Shown here: positions 57,480-64,000 of the stretch, one piece after another
Layout of the letters: each line of letters begins with the position of its first letter
Numbering within the stretch: the first letter of the stretch is position 1
Origin: a virus
Lineage: Duplodnaviria; Caudoviricetes
Length of the DNA stretch: 64,000 nucleotides
Strand: one strand, 5' to 3'
Virus record (IMG/VR): IMGVR_UViG_3300032232_001415
Location: 32,001 to 96,000 of that record
Made by a program: the position numbers and the translations under genes
The notes under the pieces: generated by a model
What the model was told of the DNA's origin: nothing
Database searches by the model: none
Seen by the model: only the letters and a program-made list of their open reading frames with translations

Positions 57480-60400
57480 TTAAGGATTAGTATTTGGATC
57501 TACATTTGCAAACCAATTTAATTGATTAACTTGAGCCGTTGCACTCCATAACATAGTACCAGTACCAGAAACCTGAATATCAATAGCATGAGTATTGCTG
57601 CCATCATATCCTGTAGGCACAATTCTAACTCCAATAGCTTCGCTACCATTACTTAGTTTTGGACTATTAGCTGGTAAAAATCCTGTAATAAAAGGGGTAC
57701 CAACATTATATACTGTACCACCAGCACTCATAATTGTTCCTTCGCAAATAAAACCTCCAGCATTCCAATTTCCTCCATCACCATATCTCACACAAGATAT
57801 CATAATTTTATAGGTATATGCTCCAATAAATCCACCATTATTAGAATTAGTTAGATCAGTATTTCTGAAACAAATAGTATTAGTAGGACTTGGACCAGAG
57901 TCAAAATTAGTTTGCCAATCTGTTGTTAATGATTTAAGACTCGTATTTATTGTTCTGGTTCTTAAGTAATATTGGGCATATTGAGATAGTCCTTGAACAC
58001 CAGGAACATAGGTATTTGTTGGATTGGGTCTTAAGAAAGATCCTGCAGAAAAAGCGTGCATATGTTTGGTAAGATTCAACTTGGATTGATATCCAAAATT
58101 TATGCCAACGGGGGCATCAAGACTTGTGGTGGACAATCCGCTTCCATGCAATTGAAGTTGTTCTGATATGTTCCATGATCCAGCATTTGTGAAGGCAATC
58201 ACCTTGCCTCTGTCTGATATTGCACTTAGTGTTGTTCCATTACTTCTGAAAGTGCTAAGAGAAACAGTATAACTTCCAACATCTTCTGTGACTCTAATTG
58301 GATATGTTCCAGCAAAATTAGCTGTAACAGTAGCGGCTGTAGCCTCAACTAGACCATTTGCTCCAATTCTAAGATAATTACCACTAGTTAAAGTACTTGG
58401 CAGTCTTAAAGATCTAGTATACGTACTTCCATTAACATATAGTGCAGCCGGTGTTTCTATTGTATAATCATTATAACTAGTATTAATTAATACGCTACCA
58501 CTTGGAAGAACATGAAAAGCACGATTACTATTTCCCTGGTATGTTCCAACACCAGATTGATATATGCTAAATTTATTACTATATCCTTTTTTATTAAATA
58601 CAGTATCAACAACTCCTGTTGAACTTAATACAATATTATATAAGCCTTGAACATCAAAATCTGTAGATGAATCATCTTGTGTTGATACTATATTACTATT
58701 AGTTCCTATAGTTAATAAATTATAGTTATTATTAAATCTTAATTTACTATTACCACTTAATGATGCACTGTTATTATTAAAAGCTATAGAGTTAGGACCA
58801 ATTTGCCTATTAATAAATTGTCCATTATTATCTATTGATAAAATACCACCAGTTAATGATACCGGGCCTCTCAATGATTCTGTAATATTAAATCCTTCTG
58901 TGGTTCCACTATATGAAACTATATTATAGAAATTGACTTTTTCATTTTCTGGAGTAACATCAGCATGCATCACTCTTATCGCTTGTGCTCCTCCTGATCC
59001 CCAAATAGTAAAGGGCATTGTGGCAGCATCTGTTCCTTTTGAAGCATTTATTGTAAAACCAAAATCATTATCTGTAGGATCTTGTATAATAAAAATATTA
59101 TCATATAAATTAAGTCCATCATTATTTGGCATATATTTAATAGAGTTTATGCCACTACCAGCTTTATTATTAATTTTTACTAGTATTCCATTATTTGTGC
59201 CAGATAATTTAACAGGCAGCTGCCATGTGCCTTCTCCGTCAGATCCTGCTGTTAATACATGGTCAGCAGTTGTTGATGATCCGAGTCTTATGCGAGATGT
59301 TGTTGTTAATCCATTAATATCTAGTGTTGAATCTGGTGATGTTTTATTAATTCCGACTCTACTATTTGTTAGATCATGATGCTCCATAATATTACCAGCA
59401 GTATTCATAACAAATAATGCTGTTTGAGCAGTGCCGCTGTTAATAACCACCTTAGTATTATCTATAACTAATTTGTGTAGATTAGATGGTCCTATAACAA
59501 CAGAATAGTCATTGTTATTGGGTATAGAGATATTATTTCCAATAATTACCGATCCTATACCAGATGATATATTATTATTTCCAATAATAATTCCACTATT
59601 ATATAATACAGAATTAGAATTACCCAAAGCAATATTGTCTAATCCATAAATTTTACTATCTCTACTAATAGGATATATAACCCCACTATATACATTATTA
59701 CCTAGAATATTATCATCAAAAGTACTGTTAATAGCTAATGGTTTTCCTGATGGTATAGATCCAAAAGTAACATCTGATAGATCTAATAGGGTATAATCTC
59801 CATCATTAGAGTATTCTTGAACATTAGTTATTGTGGTAATAAATGTGGCATTTTTATTTGTTGGACTTCTTAATTGTACTAAAGCCGTATCGCTAACAAT
59901 ATAATTTAGATTATGAGAATTAACTCTTATTCTGCTTTGAGCCAAGTCTGGTACTGTGAAATTATTAATCTTCGATCCTAGTTTATTATTTCGCCCAAAT
60001 ACTAAACCAGATTGTCCATATACGCTATTAGAATTACCAACAACTATTCCATTGATAACATAAGAATTATTTCCAACAACAATAGATCCGCTACCAAAAA
60101 TTTCTGATGATTGAGAAGAATTATTTATACCTATAGAATTTGTTCCTAAAACAACTGTTTTTTGACCAATGGCGACAGAATTATCAGATTCTATATAGTT
60201 AGAATTTCCAAGTACTGAAGATTTATCAGTATTAATAATTTTATTATAAGAACCAACAACATTAATATTAGAACCAGAAATAGTATTCTTGTTTCCAATA
60301 AACAAATTAGAATTACTATATTTTGATAAATTATTGGTACCAATAGATATAGTATTTGTATTTATAGCATCATATGCTACAGGATTTCCAACAGCACTAC

Positions 60401-61844
60401 CATAAGAGTCTATATAAACTCCTGTTTGATTATTTAGTGCGCCTATAATAACATTATTATTACTAGCATTTATTAATGAATTTCCGCTGCCCAATATGAT
60501 ATTATTATTAAGAGTTCCACTAGCATTATTAGAATTGCCAATAATTAATAATATAGAACCATCCTGAGTTTTATTATTTTGTCCTATTAATAAAAGATCA
60601 GTTAATGATCCATTACTAAGTTCATTCCTGGCTCCTAATATAACTGTATTATCTAATCCATCCGATGTGGCATTATCAAACCCGATTAATATAACATTAG
60701 AAGTATCTGCTAAACTAATATCATTACTAATTAAAACTCCATTAGAAATATTATTAATATCATTCATTGATCCTATAGATATTAGACTATTTCCACTAGC
60801 ATTTACAAAATTACCATATATTAAATTTTCATTCCCTGATGATGTAACACTAGAACCAAAAACTGCATTATTATGTCCTTTTAAATTAGTATTATTTCCT
60901 ATATGTATATTATGATTACCAGAACTATCAGAATTAGATCCTATGAATATGCCGGATAATCCTCTGATAGTACTATTTTTAGAAAGTCCAAAAGAATCTG
61001 ATGTACTTAGAGTGGTATTGTCTATTAGAAAAATATTATTGATACCAGTAACATAGGAATTAGTTCCATATAATAAATTATTATTTCCAGTTACAGCATT
61101 TGAGAAACCTATAACTGCTAATCCACTACCATTTAATAAAGAATCATTAGAAATTGAGATTATTTTTGGTCCAGTTAATCTATTATTATTACCAACAGAA
61201 ATACTATTATTTATAGATACTCCAGTATTATTAGATCCTACTAGAGAAAATAATACTCCGGTAGCAGTATTTTTTTGACCAACTATAGAGTATTGAACGC
61301 TTCCTGATGATTTATTATCTCCTCCTAAAATAATATTAGATAGATTACCAACAAATATTTCTTTGCTTATTCCAGTATTATCAACCAAGAATTGAATTTC
61401 TCCACTAGTTTGTCCACCTTTCCAGTCTAAAATTCTTGATCTAATTTGAGCATAAGGTATTTCTCTATAACTATTGTCTCTTCCAGCAAGAGTTATAATT
61501 GCCGGATAACTTCCTGATACTGGAGTTGTTTGTGGATTATGAACTAATAATAAAGTAACTCCTGTTGGACAATTAGTTATACTTTCCACAATCATACCAT
61601 CTTTTGCACAGGGGGCGACAACATGAAGAACAGCGTCTGGAACACCTGTTCCTATTCCTAATCTACCATAAGCGGAATCAAAGTATACTTGGGCGCGATT
61701 TCCTGTTCCATAAATACCAAATGAGCCGCTAAGTGAAATTTCTCCACCAGATAATGGATTAATAATATTAGTTCTAATTCCACTATTAAAAGTTATGATT
61801 CCACTAATAGTTTGATCACCACTTGTATAAACGATATCAGGCAT
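57480..61844 (-). CDS. tail fibre / adhesin with YadA-like beta-roll repeats
   Basis: GRLGIGT..P and RVGIN..PDSTLDING fibre motifs, plus many N/S-x-x-(I/V)-G-x-x-N repeats. Confidence 0.75.
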   Translation of the reverse strand: MPDIVYTSGDQTISGIITFNSGIRTNIINPLSGGEISLSGSFGIYGTGNRAQVYFDSAYGRLGIGTGVPDAVLHVVAPCAKDGMIVESITNCPTGVTLLLVHNPQTTPVSGSYPAIITLAGRDNSYREIPYAQIRSRILDWKGGQTSGEIQFLVDNTGISKEIFVGNLSNIILGGDNKSSGSVQYSIVGQKNTATGVLFSLVGSNNTGVSINNSISVGNNNRLTGPKIISISNDSLLNGSGLAVIGFSNAVTGNNNLLYGTNSYVTGINNIFLIDNTTLSTSDSFGLSKNSTIRGLSGIFIGSNSDSSGNHNIHIGNNTNLKGHNNAVFGSSVTSSGNENLIYGNFVNASGNSLISIGSMNDINNISNGVLISNDISLADTSNVILIGFDNATSDGLDNTVILGARNELSNGSLTDLLLIGQNNKTQDGSILLIIGNSNNASGTLNNNIILGSGNSLINASNNNVIIGALNNQTGVYIDSYGSAVGNPVAYDAINTNTISIGTNNLSKYSNSNLFIGNKNTISGSNINVVGSYNKIINTDKSSVLGNSNYIESDNSVAIGQKTVVLGTNSIGINNSSQSSEIFGSGSIVVGNNSYVINGIVVGNSNSVYGQSGLVFGRNNKLGSKINNFTVPDLAQSRIRVNSHNLNYIVSDTALVQLRSPTNKNATFITTITNVQEYSNDGDYTLLDLSDVTFGSIPSGKPLAINSTFDDNILGNNVYSGVIYPISRDSKIYGLDNIALGNSNSVLYNSGIIIGNNNISSGIGSVIIGNNISIPNNNDYSVVIGPSNLHKLVIDNTKVVINSGTAQTALFVMNTAGNIMEHHDLTNSRVGINKTSPDSTLDINGLTTTSRIRLGSSTTADHVLTAGSDGEGTWQLPVKLSGTNNGILVKINNKAGSGINSIKYMPNNDGLNLYDNIFIIQDPTDNDFGFTINASKGTDAATMPFTIWGSGGAQAIRVMHADVTPENEKVNFYNIVSYSGTTEGFNITESLRGPVSLTGGILSIDNNGQFINRQIGPNSIAFNNNSASLSGNSKLRFNNNYNLLTIGTNSNIVSTQDDSSTDFDVQGLYNIVLSSTGVVDTVFNKKGYSNKFSIYQSGVGTYQGNSNRAFHVLPSGSVLINTSYNDYTIETPAALYVNGSTYTRSLRLPSTLTSGNYLRIGANGLVEATAATVTANFAGTYPIRVTEDVGSYTVSLSTFRSNGTTLSAISDRGKVIAFTNAGSWNISEQLQLHGSGLSTTSLDAPVGINFGYQSKLNLTKHMHAFSAGSFLRPNPTNTYVPGVQGLSQYAQYYLRTRTINTSLKSLTTDWQTNFDSGPSPTNTICFRNTDLTNSNNGGFIGAYTYKIMISCVRYGDGGNWNAGGFICEGTIMSAGGTVYNVGTPFITGFLPANSPKLSNGSEAIGVRIVPTGYDGSNTHAIDIQVSGTGTMLWSATAQVNQLNWFANVDPNTNP
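59970..61340 (-). repeat. degenerate ~14-residue beta-roll peptide repeats (protein level)
   Basis: Repeated NNIILGSGN / SISVGNNN / NLFIGNKN-type units. The DNA copies are divergent and the boundaries approximate. Confidence 0.65.
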
Positions 61845-61877
61845 TATTAACCTCTTTTATAAAAAAATGTATATTAT

Positions 61878-64000
61878 TTAATTAATACTAATACCACCCT
61901 CAGTACTTGCTCTTAATTTATCAAACGCATTTTTAACACTATCTCTGACTAAATCTCCTATCGGTCCCTGTAATATATTCTGTAATGCTGATGCTCCATT
62001 AATAACTACTTCTACTTTATGAGTACCTTCTACATTAATTATTGGTGGTAAATTAATTTTTTGTAATTCTGATACAAAATTATTAAATTTATCAGTAAAT
62101 TGGCTCAATCCATCTAGTCCAATATTATTTGGTGCTCCATTATTAGATACACTATTTCCAGTAGTCGCACCACCAGAAACTATCTGTCTTTGATAGTCTT
62201 GTAACGCTTTAGTTGCTACTGTTATAGCATTATTAAAATCTCTAGAAGATTGTGTTAATGTTGTCAATATTTGACCAAATTCAGGAGAATCATTCTTTGT
62301 GGTATTCTGACTATTAGTTAAAGAAGGTGCCATATAACCAAGGTTAGCGTTATAATTTCTCATAGTGTTATATGTTAGTGGATCTCTATCCTGAATAGAA
62401 CTTAGTCTGCTTTGAAGACCACTTGGAAGAGAACGTCCGCTATCTTCATATTTTCTAGCAGAGACAAGGGATCTCATATCTTTATCTTCTCGATATGATC
62501 GTCTTCTTCTTTCCATTTCGTCTTGATATGCTTTTCTCTTTCTTTCTGCTTCTTCTTTGTATACTTCTCCGCCAGTAGCATACGCCCCAGCATTGATGCT
62601 CTTTAATAATGGTAGGTGTTTCTGAGTAGATTCTCTGTTTACTACAAATTCGCCCGGAGTTAACATGGCCGGAACAGTATCTGTGCCTTTTGGTTGATAT
62701 GGAACTAACGTTCCAGCAGAAGCATATACTATGCCTCCTCTCTTATATCCCATAGATTTCATTATTAGTTTTAAGGTATTATCATATAAATTATTAAAAT
62801 CATTAATATTTACTGTGTCGGCATCATTATACATTGCTCTGTCTATATCTTGTTGACTAGATCCTTTAATCAAATCCATAAATTGAACCATATTGGTAAA
62901 TACTTCCATACCGGGCATTTGTGTTTGATATAAGGTGTCGTGGCCAGTACGGCCTCTATGTAATTTTTGAACTAATGACCAACCAGCTTTGTTAGTTAAA
63001 TAATTATTCACATCAGCAGAAATATCAGTTTTCTTGCCGTATCCATCACTAATTTTTCCTTCATACATATCTTGCGTATATCCCATTCCTCCTCTAGTGC
63101 TAATGTCTTGTAGGGCGTGTGCCATTTCATGTTGAACTACTCCTTTTTGTATCTGTTCTTTGTTGAACATCATCCCATTATCTGTTTCTGGCAGACCCCT
63201 TTTTTCAGCACCAGCTCTGCCCATAAATCTTCCACGACCCCACTCAGACTCAGGAAATTCTTTTAAATCAACCCCATAATTTAATGATCCTCCAAAACCA
63301 ATACGGTTTTTATGCTTATTTTCTCCACTTTTAGACTTACTAATCAATTTTTTTGCACCCTCTGGGCTACTAGTATATGGTAGTAGCTTTTGAATGAATT
63401 CTTCTCTCGCAGCTATCATCGTATCAAAATCCGTTACGTTTATTTTAGCATATTGTCCTGCTCCCGCGAAGGTTGATTCCTGTCGATTCGGTCTAGGAGG
63501 CGGAGTATTAACAGCAGGATCACGAGGCCCCATTGTTTCGTGGGGCAAGCTCTCTGTTTTTGGATTTAATCTTTTTACGCCAGCTTCAGGATCCAGAGAT
63601 CCAATTTCTGGATCCAATATATTTTGTTTAGGTCTTAGTGACTTATTTAGTATGTCTGGTAGTTTTCTATTTTGCGGATCTAACTCATTTGCTTGTAATA
63701 GTCCATCTTTGTTGATATCCCAAAATTTAAAAATAACAGAAAGTTCATCTTTGGTTAAATATCCATCTTTTAAGCGAGTTAGATTAGTATCACTATCAAT
63801 CATGAATCCCATAATAAAGTCGGTTTTATCATATCCTTTGAATTCCTCCTTCCTTCTTTGGGTCTGTGTTTGGGCAGACCTGAACACGTTATCAAAAGAT
63901 GCTTGAGTCTTTGACATCCCCTCAGGAGTATATAATTTTTCATCTCTTATTCTTTTTAATGCTTCAATATTGTTTGGAAGTTTTGCATATTCTCCCTTCC
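61878..64000 (-). CDS. tape-measure-like protein, C-terminal part (5' truncated by the window edge)
   Basis: The frame stays open from 63998 through ATG 63917. GTDTVPAMLTPGEFVVNR and YxxGG motifs are typical of TMP C-termini. It also carries HEMAH and an EF-hand. Confidence 0.75.
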   Translation of the reverse strand, partial: KGEYAKLPNNIEALKRIRDEKLYTPEGMSKTQASFDNVFRSAQTQTQRRKEEFKGYDKTDFIMGFMIDSDTNLTRLKDGYLTKDELSVIFKFWDINKDGLLQANELDPQNRKLPDILNKSLRPKQNILDPEIGSLDPEAGVKRLNPKTESLPHETMGPRDPAVNTPPPRPNRQESTFAGAGQYAKINVTDFDTMIAAREEFIQKLLPYTSSPEGAKKLISKSKSGENKHKNRIGFGGSLNYGVDLKEFPESEWGRGRFMGRAGAEKRGLPETDNGMMFNKEQIQKGVVQHEMAHALQDISTRGGMGYTQDMYEGKISDGYGKKTDISADVNNYLTNKAGWSLVQKLHRGRTGHDTLYQTQMPGMEVFTNMVQFMDLIKGSSQQDIDRAMYNDADTVNINDFNNLYDNTLKLIMKSMGYKRGGIVYASAGTLVPYQPKGTDTVPAMLTPGEFVVNRESTQKHLPLLKSINAGAYATGGEVYKEEAERKRKAYQDEMERRRRSYREDKDMRSLVSARKYEDSGRSLPSGLQSRLSSIQDRDPLTYNTMRNYNANLGYMAPSLTNSQNTTKNDSPEFGQILTTLTQSSRDFNNAITVATKALQDYQRQIVSGGATTGNSVSNNGAPNNIGLDGLSQFTDKFNNFVSELQKINLPPIINVEGTHKVEVVINGASALQNILQGPIGDLVRDSVKNAFDKLRASTEGGISIN

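Noticed and set aside
63394-63906. 170-aa antisense ORF, and the other short antisense or nested ORFs in the track (e.g. 4224-4496, 24768-25163, 29441-29857, 47034-47498, 58933-59379)
   Set aside because: They lie wholly within well-supported genes, have no recognisable motifs, and look like shadow ORFs.
1-64000. Genome-wide stop-codon reassignment
   Set aside because: Long genes are intact in the standard code, and TAA, TGA and TAG all end genes at sensible boundaries. The GT9 TGA is an isolated case.

Overview
The window is a densely coding, strongly AT-rich segment that reads in the standard bacterial code. It is best explained as part of a large (jumbo-type) tailed dsDNA phage genome. 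There are four blocks. (1) 1-11355 (+) is a glycan and nucleotide-sugar cluster: glycosyltransferases, dTDP-glucose 4,6-dehydratase, methyltransferases, two HAD proteins, an aldolase, a ThDP enzyme, a sulfotransferase-fold protein and an epimerase, followed by dCMP deaminase. (2) 11338-13923 (-) is an inverted NDP-heptose-like module: cupin isomerase, HldA-like kinase, HldC-like nucleotidyltransferase, and a GT9 encoded as two in-frame halves. (3) 14080-41748 (+) covers nucleotide metabolism, replication and recombination: class II RNR with a LAGLIDADG intein, PhoH, HNH, RecA-like, DnaB, primase, dNMP kinase, a Cas4-like nuclease, an intein-free two-piece DnaE with a DnaQ-like exonuclease between the halves, SSB, a seven-gene GT-B-type cluster, a Rad52/Sak-like annealase and a membrane YfaP/DUF2135-like protein. 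(4) 41738-64000 (-) holds virion/tail genes, including a 2629-aa Cys-rich protein, a beta-roll fibre, and the C-terminal part of a tape-measure-like protein with an HExxH motif and an EF-hand. The leading hypothesis is a phage-encoded glycosylation system of roughly 25 genes, possibly acting on Ser-Gly-rich virion proteins and/or DNA. I saw no tRNA, rRNA or CRISPR array. All functional calls come from motif recognition by eye; no database search was run.
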